From Blasia pusilla (Eukaryota), in contig CM114271.1 in the NCBI GenBank assembly GCA_050084515.1, positions 10,664,001-10,728,000 on the forward strand: a DNA stretch of 64,000 nucleotides, given 5' to 3'. The position numbers and the translations under genes were made by a program. Shown piece by piece: positions 27,101-40,184 of the stretch (positions are counted from its first letter, which is position 1; every line of letters starts with the position of its first letter). The notes beneath the pieces are model-generated. The model was not told where the DNA came from and did no database searches. It saw only the letters and a program-made list of their open reading frames with translations.

Positions 27101-27250
27101 TTTCTTCGGAGCACTATATGGTGCTTGAAAGATAAATCTTTGTCTTTTCCAATCCGTGTTCACTCGGGCTCCATAGAGCTAAGGTCTCCCGATCAGTAGA
27201 GGATAACATGTGATAGTCAAAGGTTGGAGGACAAAATAGTCCAATAAGAA
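24180..27250 (-). pseudogene. Gypsy 2 pol remnant (AP-RT-RH-IN)
   Basis: FLDGYSGYNQ, MPFGLCNAPTTFQR, GYYRRFIKNYA, YWWPTMYRD..CDACQR, WGIDFVGPI; many stops. Confidence 0.9.
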
Positions 27251-29213
27251 TAGCACACCTCCTATCATTTTCTAGAAGAAAACTAGGGTTTTTACCTATT
27301 TTTCTTTGTTTCTATTAACAGAAAAATTTGCCGGGGGCTGTGCATCCCCGCGTCATCTTGGCATACTAGAGGCTGCGCCCTTGGACCCCCGCGACGCATC
27401 AGGATGCCCCGCACCCTGATGCAATATAGGGTTAGATAATCCTAGTACCGCTACTCTGTAAGCCACCTACGTCATATTAGTATGACTCCTTTGACGTCTA
27501 AGTCGGAACCATCAATCTAGGCTTCTCTTCATACAAGGGGGTCGATCAGATTAATGGTGCTCAAAGGAGTGGATGTTGAGAATCCAACAATATTTCACAT
27601 GATTACGATCAAAGGCCGTCACGTCACCTTTCAGAATAACCTTGCTTGCTCAAAAAATCTCGGCTGTCTTCTTCTGAGCCGGGTTACTTCGTGAAGACGA
27701 AGACTCCTTCGTCTTCACACTTGCAGCCTTCTTGGTCTTGGACCGTGTCTCCACCACAAAGACTTCGTTGAGGATGTCTTCAGGCTAGTCTGAGGACTCT
27801 TCATTGATCTTCCTTGAAGATCCCTCTTCTTTGATAGTCACCTTCTTGATCTCCTTTGGGGACGTGACATCTTCTACTTGCAATAGCTGCACATTAGAGG
27901 CTGGTATTCTGGCAAGAGAGAGTAAGAGAGGAGAGGAAGAGAGGAGAGTCTCTCTTCAAAAAAAAAAGGGAGAATCCGCCTCCTCTCTTCTAAATTTTCA
28001 TTAGTTTCTTTATAAGTTTTTCTCTTTGAAATGTTGAAAAACTTTAGAAGAGAGTCACAAGTGAACCAGATTGGGTCATAAACTAACCTCGCTTTTCCAG
28101 GCTTCAATCCTAAACTAGACACACCAAGACCTCTTAAGCTGTGGTCTATATATATAACTAACATCACTCTATATGGTAGCCTAAGACTTTCACTACTGAC
28201 AGATGGGATTTATTTTCTCCTACGGCAATCTTGGAGATTGACAAAGATTATAGCAAATTTGGTGAGTTTGGTAGAAAGTTTTGAAAAGTTTGTTTAAACA
28301 CATGTCTAAGGTAAAGAAAGCGACCCTTAAGGCCTACATGGAAGGACTACGAGGAAAATAAAGGCAATCAACCTTTCATCCTCTTGGAATCCGACAAGTT
28401 GATAGACATAAGAAGTCCAGAAACGCTAGTGACGAAACAAGTAGAGAGAATGAAATGAAGGTAAGACATCATCCTTCCATGCAACCTTATCACAATCCAA
28501 TAGGTTGTCATGTTGATTGCTTCCATTTTCCTCTAAGTCCTTCCTTGTAGACCTCTCTTCTCTCTTCCTCTCTTCATGCAACTTGTCAGATTCTAACAAG
28601 TTGCATGATAGACGAAGGTTGAATCTAAGAAGAACGCCAAGACCGAAGCCTCCCAACTTGAGGCATGCCAACCTGTGAGAATGCGATAGGTTTCAAAAAA
28701 TAACATCTCGGTGAGGAATGGTTTGAAGGAAATGGGGGAACAAGGTGAAGGTGCAGAAGCCTGCCAGAATGCCTAAAAGGATTCTGGTAGCACATGAAAA
28801 GAAAATTCAGTGAAGTAGACAGCTTGTCGGAATCCAACCGGGTGGAGGACGTTAAACTAGGAAAATGCAGCAGCCAATCAATGTGACGTGCAACATGTCA
28901 GAATCTGACAGGTTGCCTAACTGGATCATAGAGAAAGAGATTTGAAAAAAATGCGAGCGTCTCGGAGGCGGTAAATCTTACAACCTATCGGAATTCGACA
29001 GGTTGCAAGCATGGTCTTTGGTTTGCAACCCAGATTAATCGGACGGGTTGCTCAATGAAGACCATCCAGCACACAAGAATCGCAACCCAAACACACAAGC
29101 ACCACTACTTAGAAGACACTTCAAGAAAGTTAATATCTTGAAAAAAATGGAAGTCCTTTATTACATCTGAGGGAAACTCAGGAATTTATATTTGCTCACT
29201 CAATCCAAAAACT

Positions 29214-32200
29214 CTAGTCTATGATTTCTTCAGCCTCGTCATCTACAAATTTACTCCTAACTCTCATCGTTTCCTGTACAAAATGAATGTCTTGGGATAC
29301 TAGTGGCTCATCTGACCGATTGTAGATGGGGATTGAGAATGTAGGGGAAGTTGATAACCTTGCTCCCCCCACCTAGGTGCACCATATTGGTCCCATGTGT
29401 GATTTGAAGAGTCCCAACGCCTTCCCCAGAAAAAAATCTTGTATGTTCTGCAAGGTGACACCCATCCACGATCAATATGTACTCCGCCGCTTGAAACCAC
29501 CAAATCCCTACTCCAAAATGCTTGAATCAATTGAACCCGATAAATCCATTCAACTCACTCGTCATCATCCGAGAGCTCTTCCAAAACAAGTGTCAGGCTT
29601 GCCCTCCCAATTTTTGGAATGACAAGCAGGGAAGATAGCATCACTACCAATGGATCTGCTGTTGGAGCAGTTGCCTTTGGAGGCGAGTTGTAGACTCCCA
29701 CCAGCCTTTTGTAATCAGCCTTTGAATCCTTGCAAAGGTTGAAAAGTTCCGTTCTTCCTTCAATGAAGAGAATATTCTTGCCACTCTGCCATGCACCTCT
29801 AATACTCGCCCCCGATAAACCTACCAAGTCCAAGACCAAATCACCCGGCCTTGAGCATAGCTTAATGAGGGTGTGCATCAGGGTAGGTGACTTCTCTATT
29901 TCTCCAAGTAGAGGCGTGCCTTTGATCATAAAGAGTCACGAGGGGGGATTGTAAAGGCTATCGAATGTGACCCCATTCGAGCATGGATCAACTGGATCCG
30001 GTATCTGAAACACCTAAAACATGTGCTCCGGTCTCACAAAACAGTATACATAGGAGTGCTCCATCTATCCACAAGGCAGGGGCAACACGATGTTAGCTTT
30101 AAGGTGGAACAAGCCTACAAACGGGTTCCTCTACAACTTCCTAAAAATCACGTGTGCCACTCGTCGGATCCTAACGGGTTGCACTGGTTGCTTTTTTTCC
30201 TTATCCAAGCATCTACCTGAGAAGCAACCTGTCAGAACCCGATGGGTTGCTCATAAACAAAGTAAGTTTTCTTGTAGCTCTACAACATCGTCAAAATGCC
30301 CCCGTGCAACCCATAGGCTTCCGACAAGTTTCCCTCCTTGATTTTTTCTTTATCCAAACATCTAGCTGAGAAGCAACCCGTCGGGTTTCGACGGGTTGCT
30401 TGTGAACAAAGTCAAAATTCTAGTAGCTCTACAACTTTGTCAAAAAGCTCCCATGCAACCCGTCGGATCCCGACGGGTTGCTTTTTTCCTGATGAGAGTT
30501 CTAGCTGAGAAGCAACCCGTCGGAACCCGATGGGTTGCTCATCAGCAAAGTCACAAGCCTAGATGGATTGTCCCATGCATAGTCCATGGGACATACCCAT
30601 TTTGGAGAAGTTTTTGCCCAAGCACCGTCAACTTCTCGATTGCAGCTCTCGACTCCTGAGTCAAAAAACTTTGCAATTCATCAAGCAGGGAAGTCGGGTG
30701 GAGTAGAATAGTGATCCTGCTCGTAGAATCCCTATGCCTACCTAATGATGAAGGATTGTATTCCACATCCTTACATAATCCTGCGACAGATCCCAACGCC
30801 TCCCGCTTTTGCTTCTCGCGAGTTTGTTGCCTGCTTGTTGGTGTGTCAATTACTTCAGACTTCATAGGAGTTTTTTTGTTGGGCTCCTGTGATACCCACA
30901 ATTTTTTACTTTTAGAAATTTACACATTTTGATTCAAGGAATACAGATTCTATGAAGTGAAGATTGTACATATAAGACTGTTTTAGATATTATGTTTGTG
31001 AAATTGGAAGAATGAGTTATATTGAAATAGATCACGAGCTCCTAGGACAAGGCAGAGAGGTGGAAAATCAAGGATTTGCCTTAGAGGAGATGGAAATGTG
31101 GTAACGAAGTCTAAAGACTAAGAGCGAAGCTTGGAAAAGACAACGAAGCCTTATTAAGAACCTGTTTATGAAGTGCTTCGCTCTTGAACAAAGCTTGATG
31201 AAGAAGAAGAGGAAGCAGTTCTTCGCTCTTTAGCAAAGCACGAAGAACGAAGCACCTGGAACAAGAGCGAAGAATGCAGTGCTTCGTCCTCAGGAAGAGC
31301 TTCATCCTCAAGGGAAGAAGAAGAAGTCCAGACTTAGCAGCGAAGCCAAGCTAAGACTCGAAGTGATTTGAAGCGGCACACCGTTAGAGTAGTTAGGCTA
31401 GGAAGAGGCGTGACTTTTTGGACCAGATAGGAAGTTAGGATAGTTACACCCAGCGGATTCATAGCGATCATAGGAAAAGATAAGAGAACCGTAGATTAAG
31501 GTAGTTACAAACTCTCAATAGACACTAGATTCGTAAGAGACGCTTCAGATCTTTGGACCTACTACTGCCTCGGAAGATATTTAAGAAGCATGAAAGTAGC
31601 TATCATCATCATTCTTTCACAAAGTCCATATGCTATAGGAATGGTCCAAGCAAGGGAGTAGTACCCTCTCGAGCTTGTATAACACTTTGAAGCTTTCTCG
31701 ATCTTGATGAAGTAGTAAAGCACTCATTTCTTCATTCTGATGTGCAATGCATATTCTGAGAATTCTGATTGGGTCTGCAGAGTGAAGAGTGAATAAGGAG
31801 AACACTTCCATCATTAGAATAATCAACGCGGAGTTGTAAGAAATCTGTTCGACAGAGAGTAGCCTACCTAGATGGATTGAGTTCCGAAAGTAGGAGAAGT
31901 CTGCTTCTTGTTGAGGTCTCTGTGAGGTTCTTTGATGTTGAGTGAAAATCTAGCTGAGCGTGATTTCAATTCCACTAGAGAGAATCGAGGAAAGAAATCT
32001 TGGTACTAATAGAGAGAAGAATACACTGATGAATGATTTAATCCAAAATGTACACACTTAACTACAACTATTGCAAGATAAACGTCATTTTCAACTCTCT
32101 TTTCACATAATCGTGATCCTCTTGGGGATCGAACTCATAAAATTATTGTAAAAAGATCAATTATTAAACTTCTTGTACATTACAGCTCCCTTGTCCGCCC

Positions 32201-33424
32201 CTCTCATCTAGAAGATTTTGCCTTTGAATGCCTCGACCCCTTCGCCGTGGCTTTCAAGCTCGCAATCGATTTATCCTTGGCAATCACTACCTTGGAGACC
32301 AACTCAACTGTCTCAATGGCTTGTTCCTCCGCATCTCCTTCAAAATATTCTCTAATCTTGACGAAGTTTGGGATGTCGTCCGTTCCAGCCACGACTGCAT
32401 CATACACAATTCGCAAGTTCTTGTCAGTTATTTCTTTGGAGTCGTTGAAGTCCAACCAGATTGGACAATTCAACACTTCCCACTCGGACATATCCTACCC
32501 CACCTCCATGTCGTACATGGAGAATCCTTCTCCATCAGCATGCAGCCCACAACTTGCATGTTGATGGGTATTTATGCCAGTTCCCTGCATTCACACTATA
32601 GATCAGGTATCTATATACCATGCGCTAGGCAACTCTTTGCCGGGATGTCTCGGCCGCTTGTTCTTGAAGATCCTGCTTGTTCTTAGCAAAATCCCGCTTT
32701 CTGGCGTCGAGATCCGCCTCAGGGAGGATGTGATTCTTGAACATAGTTTGGAAGCCTGGGTTTTTTCCGGCTTACCCCAGATGTCATCCAACCACAACTC
32801 GTAATCCTCAACAGCCTCTAGATTGGCCTCCTCTAGAATTGGCTCAAACTTTTTGAGCTCCGCTTGAAGACTATGGATGATCTCCTTCCCAAGCAGACGC
32901 AATACGTCCCAAAAAGACCATTCTTTCAGCCAATGATAGATGGCAGGGTCTGATACCCCCGGAGGATGATGTGCCACCCATTTTTAAGCCTCAATCCCCT
33001 TGAGACTAATTTTCATCAATCAAATCTGCCTAAATTTGGATATTCCTAAAAGTGCAAACCTATGAACACAGTCTAATGAGTCCTTTTCCCCCAATTCGAC
33101 CCTGTGGGTCTTCGTCCCTCTTCCTCTGGCATTTAATGATCGCCTTACTTCCTTGTAGAAGTCCTGGCCGAGATCTAGGTTGAGTATGGCAATGTACCAC
33201 TGCATCTTGCTCACAATGTACAATGGTGGCTACTGACACAGCATCTTGAATAAACTTTGCTCGCTCCGATTCTGAAACATTTTCCCTCCACTCCAACTCT
33301 AGTGCGGCACTTTTCTTGGCTGCCTGAATTTTTGACCAACATAGAATCATGACGGCTGCATCTTGGAAGATGTATGTATTTGACCAAGTCTTCTTCTTGA
33401 TCTGTGCACCCTTCGCGAGCATCT
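29214..33424 (-). pseudogene. Copy A cargo gene, 3' part (middle region plus MTase-like motifs X/I/II)
   Basis: EKSPTLMHTLIKLCSRPGDLVLDLVGLSGASIRGAWQSGKNILFIE (ORF 29555-29929); homologous to B 34435-37950; interrupted by the solo LTR; the motif-IV segment is deleted. Confidence 0.75.
30888..32184. mobile_element. Solo LTR (1297 bp) with 5-bp TSD GCTCC
   Basis: TGTGAT...ATTACA termini; GCTCC at 30883-30887 and 32185-32189; the flanks rejoin into copy A coding sequence. Confidence 0.88.
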
Positions 33425-35589
33425 GGGGGCTGGTATTCTGACAGGAGAGAGTAAGAGAGGAGAGGAAGAGAGGAAGAGAGGAGAGTCTCTCTTCAAAAAA
33501 GAAGGCCAAATCCGCCTCCTCTCTTCAAAACTTTTTGACATATTTGAAATTTTTGTTTGCTTTAAAATTCAGGAAATCTTTAGGAGAGAGTATTTAGTGG
33601 TCCACATTTGGCCCTAAAAAAACCTCCTCTTTCCTGGGGGCGAGAAAAAAGGAGACATCATAAGACCACCCTAAACATTTTTCCATCACTCTCCATGTGA
33701 GCCTAAGTTTCTTAACATTCCCTGTCTCGGTCAACAAAAAGCAGTGCCCTTGGTATTTTTGTTGGAGGACCACCCGGATGGGTACCTCTCTTTTTGCAAG
33801 GATTGTTGCGTGCATCATGGCCTCCCCTAAATTTCCCCATAACCAACTTTCTGTCGGTTATGAATGGTGTCTGCTCAAGACCAACTTTTTGAAATATGAA
33901 CAAATCAGATCCTTAGGGTGAGAAACCGAGAAGCTGCACCCCTCCCAACCCGTAAGAAAGCTCACCATAAGAAAGGAAAGATTTTTAGAAGTGATTTTCT
34001 TCCACCCTGCACCCACGACGATCTAACGGGTTGGGAATCCGAAATGGCAATCCGACATGTAGTAGGAATCCTGCACATCTTAGACAAGAAAAGAAGCCTA
34101 CAACTGGTTGGACGAATGAAGGGGAACGAGCCAAAAGTCAAGAAGCCCGCCACAATGCGCCAGAAGTTGGTCTCACCGGGATAGAGTCCGATCACTCAAG
34201 CACTCAACCTGTCGGAATCCGACAGGTTGCCTGGAAATGGTTAAAAAAGTGCAGTGGGCAAAAAGCAAAAAGTCGGAATCATACGGGTTGCAGAATTGTA
34301 ATTCTGAGTAGCTACAAGAACACAATCCACAAGTCTAAAAACATATTCCAGCAAACTTTTACAAGCACCATTATGGGTTGAAAAAATCTCGTCCTTTATT
34401 ACCTCTGAAGGAACCTCGGAAATGTACATTTCACCTAGTCTATGATTTCTTCAGCCTCGTCATCTACAAATTTACTCCTAACTCTCCTCAGTGACAGTAC
34501 CAAAGGAATGTCCTGAGATTCAAGTGGCTCCTCTGGCCGATTGTAGACGGGGATCGAAAATGTTGGCGAATTCGAGAGCCTTGGCCCCCCCCTAGGTACA
34601 CCATAAGGGTCCCATGTAACCTGTCTGGAGTCCCACCGCCTTCCTCGGCAGTATACCTTGTACGCTCTGCAATGTGACACCCATCCAGTATCAATATCTG
34701 CTCCGTCCCCGGTAATACCATTATGGAAACCGCAGAGGTAGAAGGAATCCAACACGTCTGAGAGAAGAAAAGAAGCCTACGCCTGCCTTTACGAGTTGAG
34801 GGGAAGGTGCCAAGGGAAGAAGCCCGCCAGACTGCCTCTTAAGTTGGACCAACAGGGAAAGGGTCCGATCAGGCAACCTGTCGGAATCAGACAGGTTGCC
34901 TGGAGGTGGTAAAAAGGGAGCAGTGGTCAAAAAGCGAAAAGTTGCGAGGAGAAATCGACGGGTTGCACTGGTCATAAAGTGAAAGTTGCAAGCAGGAGAA
35001 ATCCGACCGGTTGCAAAGTAGAAGTCCGTGGAGTACATAGACGATCACATTCGAAAAGAAAAATGATCAGCAAACATTTACAAGCACCATCGATCGAAAA
35101 AATCTTCTGCTTTATATCATCCGAAAAAAGCTGGGAATATGAATACGCCCCAACAAGCCTTTCGTATTCTGCCTTTGCCTCCTTGCAAAGGTCAAGCGAT
35201 TCTGCCTTCCTCGAGGCGAGAGAATGTTCTGCCACTCTGCCAGCGCCTTTGATACTTGCCCTGAAAGTCCCACTAAGTCGAACACCAAGTCACCCGGCCT
35301 TGAGCAGAGCTCGATGAGCGTTTGCATCAGGGCTGGCGACTTTTCCCTTCCTCCCAGAAGTGGGGTACTGTCTTGCATGTAAATTCCCGGGGGAGAATAG
35401 TACAAACTATCTAAACTGTACCCATCTGAGCATGGATCCACAGGATCCTGGATCTTGAACACCGGAAATTGTGCTCGGGCGAACGAAGCGAAGAGCGTAG
35501 GAGTGGTCCATCTCAGTAAATCAAAGACGTTGGAAACAATGTCGAAACTAAAGAAGTCGCCTTGAGAACATTTTCAATAATCGACTTTG

Positions 35590-35970
35590 GATCAACTGCC
35601 GGAGTCGGACGGGTTGTTTTGTCGGACCAACCCGCCGGAACCCGGCGGGTTGCGATTGCTTTTGGATTTTCCCAGTTGATTTTGGTTTTGGATGCAACCC
35701 GTCGGAAGGCGACGGGTTGCTTCGGCCTAGAGCAGCCCATGCTCGCTTTGAGAGCAACCGTCGCTATCACGGGTTGCATCCACAAAACCAAAATCAAGCG
35801 AAAACACTAAAAAGCAATTGCAACCCGTCGGGTTCCGACGGGCTGCGTACACCGCGGTTTTCCCTGTGTATGTGGGAAAGATGCAACCCGTCGGAAACCG
35901 ACAGGTTGCTCTCAGCCGAGCATGGGCTGCTCTAAGCCTGCAACCCGTCGCCTTCCGACGGGTTGCTCAC
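35590..35970. repeat. 27-bp palindrome array in cargo intron 3 (copy B)
   Basis: About seven GCAACCCGTCG..CGACGGGTTGC variants. Confidence 0.9.
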
Positions 35971-38079
35971 GAACAAAAAAAAACCCAGATTGATTCTCAT
36001 TCTACACATCATTATAAGATAATTGAAATTATTGTACAGGAATTGAGCCTTACCCGAATCTGATTTGTCGCGGATCAGAGTGGGTACTCGTTTTTGATGA
36101 TCCACCATTGTGCCGTCCTCCACTTTAGCGACCTCTTGACGCACTGGAGGTTGAAGAGCTCGTCCTCGCTCCCTCCAATCAACACCAAGAAGCAGCCCCC
36201 CTGTCACTCGGATAGGCGCGCCGCAAAGGAGAACAAAAGTGCAATCTGGTCATAAGTGAGCGGCACATTCCACTCAAGTACCTCGTCCGACGGATTCTCG
36301 CCCCAAAGTCGCAACCCTGAGGGCAGATCGGCGATCAAGAGATCCACCGCAACCTCTTCAACCACTCCATTCACCGTCCAGGCAGCGTGCCCATTTCGTT
36401 GGAGCTTCCGTCCCAGCGTTGTCAATTTTTCGATGGCTGGTGTCGACGCTTGAGAACTGAAGCTCTTCAGCTCATCCAGTAATGGAGTGAACTGAAGGAG
36501 GACGCTTGTCCGGGTCATTGTTTGTCTGTGTCTTCCCAGGGCGATGGGTGTATTCTCCTTGGGACAACCGGGCACCTCTCGCTTCGCTTCTCCCTAGCCT
36601 GGGGGACGGCTTGTCGGGGTTTCTATGACCTCGGATTTTGGTGGCGTTTTCTTCGCCGAGGACCTGGTCCGACCCTCTCTCCCCGCTCGTCCGGACGATT
36701 CCGCCTCGGCCTCAAATCTTGACCTCTCTTTGGGAAGATTCGGCCCTCAATTGTTCCCTCCCCTCGCCTTGCCTTTGAGACCATTTGTGGATTTGCCTTT
36801 GGTGTCCAGGACCTTGAAGCCAACTCAAGCTGTCTCGTGGGCTGCTCTTCGCATCTCCTCCGAAGAAGTCTTGACCGGGCGAAAGTGGGGATGTCGTCTT
36901 GTCGAGGCCCTTTGCATCATGAAGCACTCGTAAGTCCTTATCCGTGATGTCTTCAGGGTCGTTGAAGTCGAGCCAAATGGGGCAATTCTCCACCTCCCAA
37001 TCGGACATGTGCTGCCCCATCTCCATGTCGTACATGGAGAATGTCTCTGCATCCGGCGGCGAAGCCCACAACTTCAAGGCTACCGGTAATTTTCCCCACG
37101 TACCTGGATTCTTACACTGGACAAGGTACCTGAAGACCATCCGTTGGGCAACTTTTAATCAAACAGAATCGGCCGTCTACTCCTGTAGATCTCGCTTCTT
37201 CTTTGCTTGATCCCGTTTGTTCCCCTCTACTTCTTTGTCAAGCTCTGCCTGAGGGAGGACGCAAACCTTGAACATGGTCTTGAATCCTGGGTTTTTTGTT
37301 GGCTTGTCCCGGATGTCGTCGAGCCAAACCTCGTAATCTCCAGAACTTTCAAGGTTTGCTTCCAGCGGAATGGGCTCCAATCTTCTGAGCTCCGCTTGCA
37401 AACCGTCCAGCACAGACTTCCCGATTACCCGCAACGCGTCCCAGAACGACCATTCGCGTAGCCAATGCGAGATCACTGGATCAGACACACCCGGAGGATG
37501 GTGTGCCGCCCTCTTCTGGGCCTCTGAGCCCTCGAGACTGATTTTCATCCGTCGTATCCTCCTGAACTCGCTTATCCCGGACAACGCAAACCGATGCACG
37601 CGATCCAGCGACACTTTCTCCCCAATCCGACAATGCGGATCTTCATCCCTCTTCCGCTAGCGCTTGATAATTGCCTTCAGCTCCTTGTAGAACTCCGGAC
37701 CAAGTTCGGGGTTGAGAATGCTGATGTATCGCTGCATCATGCTCGCCTTGTATTTCCTTGCAGCAGATACTGCAGCTTGGATGAATTTAGCGCTCAGACG
37801 AGATACCTTCTCCCTCCGCTCTAGCTCGGTCGGCGCTTTTCTTTGACTGAATCTTCGACCAGCAAAGGATGGTTACGGCTGCATCTTGAGAAATAAACTT
37901 GTTTGCCCAAGTTTTCTTCTTGATCTGAGCACCCTTTGCCAACATCTGATTGACGAGGACATCGCCCAAGAACCCCCTGTACTCTCCCGGGTGCGTCGTA
38001 AGCACCTTCCTCACCCGATCGCAATCCTGGATCCAGTGGTGGGTGACATTCCCCTCCGATACAATCCTGCACATCCAAA

Positions 38080-38630
38080 CTCAACCCGTCAGGAAATTAC
38101 ATGGGTTTCTGCAATCCTTCGGACTCCAACGGGTCGTCACAGCTCAAGGTCGGATTCTAGCAACGAGCTTAATGATGCAACCCGTCGGAGTCCGACGGAT
38201 TGCATTCAGATTTGCTAATGCCTGGTAAGCAAACCGTCAGAGTCCGACGGGTTGCTCGATAGGCCGCCTTGTGAGGGTGTTCTTTTAAGAATGCAACCCG
38301 TCGGACTCCGACGAGTTGCTCGAGTGACTGCAGGTTTAGAAGGTTTTTTCCCCAAAGCAACCCGTCGGAGTCCGACGGGTTGCTTGCCTCGCCGCTATTT
38401 TTCCCCATATCAACCCGTCGGACTCCGACGGTTTGCTTTGGGCCAAAAACTAGTTAAATCTATGTTCAATCAAACAAGTCATCGGAGTCCGACGAGTTGC
38501 AATCTTAAAAAAAGATCCAAAAAAGCGTGCAGTCGAGCAACCCGTCGGAGTCCGACGAGTTGCTTTCGGCAAAAACAAACCTAACCCATTCATCAATCGA
38601 GCAACTCGTCGGAGTCCGACGAGTTGCGAA
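38080..38630. repeat. 27-bp palindrome array in cargo intron 2 (copy B)
   Basis: Perfect GCAACCCGTCGGAGTCCGACGGGTTGC at 38357-38383 plus about nine variants at roughly 50-65-bp spacing. Confidence 0.92.
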
Positions 38631-40090
38631 AGTGTTAAAGATACTCACGTGTTCATGGCATGCATTGCCATCTCCACCGTCGCCATGTGATGAGGGTATG
38701 GATGAAGGACCACTGCCTTCACGTACAAATGTGCCTCCAATGAGTTGGGCCGCTCCTCCGAAAACTTGGTCCACGCCATGAACCTGTGATTCCCATCCCA
38801 GATGAAGAAATGCAGATTCCTCATCCAGCTGAATTCCGTGCCCTCAACTTGCCTTCTGAAGTCCTGGTCTCGCATCCTCCAGAATGTGTCGAGCTTTTCC
38901 AAGTCCTCCTCGGTAACTAGAGCTTGGGTTCCATGCTCATCGTAAGGCTGAACATAGAAGGGAGGAAAGTTGTCGACGTAGGATGCTGTCGCCGCCGATT
39001 GTTTTAGCTTCGCAATGTCCTCGTCGGACTGGATTTCACGGACGTATTCCATTGTCCGCAATCGGCAGAGTGGAATCCTCGGGGCGTTGTGGCCCTCCAT
39101 GAGTGCCATCAACTTTACCACCTGTCAAAACCGGGACAAGAGGAATAAGCTACACATGAAATCCCAATGAATTGCGATTCACATAATTAAAAAAACCCAG
39201 AACCTCTCTTACCCGCTCGAAAATGGGGTCGGTTTCTTGACCAGCTAACTTGTCTGAGACAGAGGCTGGAAAATCGACTGGAAACTCGTCGATCCGATAG
39301 AGGTCGATGTCCTCCGCCGGGCTTGGAGTCGAGAATGACCGCTCTCCGGCTTCTTCGGCCATGTCCACCATCTCCACGTTGGCGGTCCTCATGACCTCGT
39401 CGTCATCGATTTCAACTTCTGTAGTTTCCACTATGTTGATTGTGTCCCGGACTTCGTGGGGACATTTCCCATCTCAACACTGGCGGTTGGACGGGCTGGG
39501 CTATCGTCAATGGCTATCGCTTTTTCCCTCCTCGCTTTAGCCAATTCTGCCCTCCTCACCGACGCGTCCAGGCGCTTCTTTTCTCTCTTTTCGTCGGCGA
39601 TCCTTTTCTTCAACGCCTGCGACGTCTCGGCCTTTGCGTTCTGTTTATCTAGCGCCTCTTGAACACGTCTCGCAAGAAGCACTTGGTTGTGCATCTCCGC
39701 TTCCCTTTCCCGCTCCTCGATTTCCTGCTGCCTAATTTCATTCGCCGAACGAGGCCCAGGAGAAGCGGATGCAGGAGTCCTAATGGACTTGGGAGTGAAG
39801 CTCCCTGACTTGTTGGCTTGTGTTTTTTTCCTCGTCATTTTTGCCGGAAATGCCTCCACCTATGTCCACGACAAATTCCTTGATCAGTCGCCTTGCTGAT
39901 GTCGAGATGGGAGCTCGAATCGTCCCGCTATGGCTCGGTCGAACCGTCTCGCTCTCGTTCCCTCCTATCGACTCGCGATGTGTCGCTGTGTGAAATGCCC
40001 CTTCGTATCTGATCACCTGCTGTGCGGGAGAGTGAGGAGTGAGGAATGAAGATTGCGAAATGAGAAACCGGAAATGAGCGATTTCTGCCC

Positions 40091-40098
40091 TATTTATA
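40091..40098 (-). promoter_or_regulatory. Putative TATA box of the cargo gene
   Basis: TATAAATA on the minus strand followed by a pyrimidine-rich tract, about 250 bp upstream of ATG 39838. Confidence 0.5.
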
Positions 40099-40184
40099 CT
40101 TTTCTAGCCGTTGGGCTGACCGTTGGGTCCCGTCGTCCTTTCGACGGCGACGTGCCGGATGTTACGGAATTCCGGACGTGAAAA

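Larger units (their letters stand above)
22226..27895 (-). mobile_element. Gypsy LTR retrotransposon 2 (related clade, heavily decayed), interrupted at 27895 by transposon copy A
   Basis: Minus-strand RT (26218-26871), RH (25533-26004), integrase (KWGIDFVGPI, 24702-25001), protease remnant (~27130-27210), possible knuckle CSYCK (~27880) and an extra ORF at 22290-23810. Confidence 0.85.
34435..39838 (-). pseudogene. Copy B cargo gene: ParB/Srx-like domain plus beta-class N4C/N6A DNA-methyltransferase-like domain (introns 39122-39212, 38067-38648, 35512-36053; frameshifted as assembled)
   Basis: Exon 38649-39121: IPLCRL..VR..DIAKLKQS..PPFYV..FFIWDGNHRFMAW. Near 36330: VDLLIADLPSG. At 35230-35345: EKSPALMQTLIELCSRPGDLVFDLVGLSG. 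GT/AG boundaries are phase-consistent and, where the segment is retained, at the same positions in copies A and D. Confidence 0.75.

Noticed and set aside
27255-27470. Short insert with GGGGCTG/GCTGCGCCC motifs inside Gypsy 2 protease
   Set aside because: Probably a small non-autonomous element, but no boundaries or TSD could be defined.
38080-38630. CRISPR array (27-bp palindromic repeats with roughly 30-bp spacers)
   Set aside because: Eukaryotic intronic context, no cas genes, degenerate repeats, irregular spacer lengths, and spacers that are themselves repeated elsewhere (e.g. 62615-62905).
34435-39838. Bacterial contamination or prophage as the source of the ParB-MTase gene
   Set aside because: The gene has spliceosomal GT-AG introns conserved across copies, a TATA box, and nests with plant LTR retrotransposons.
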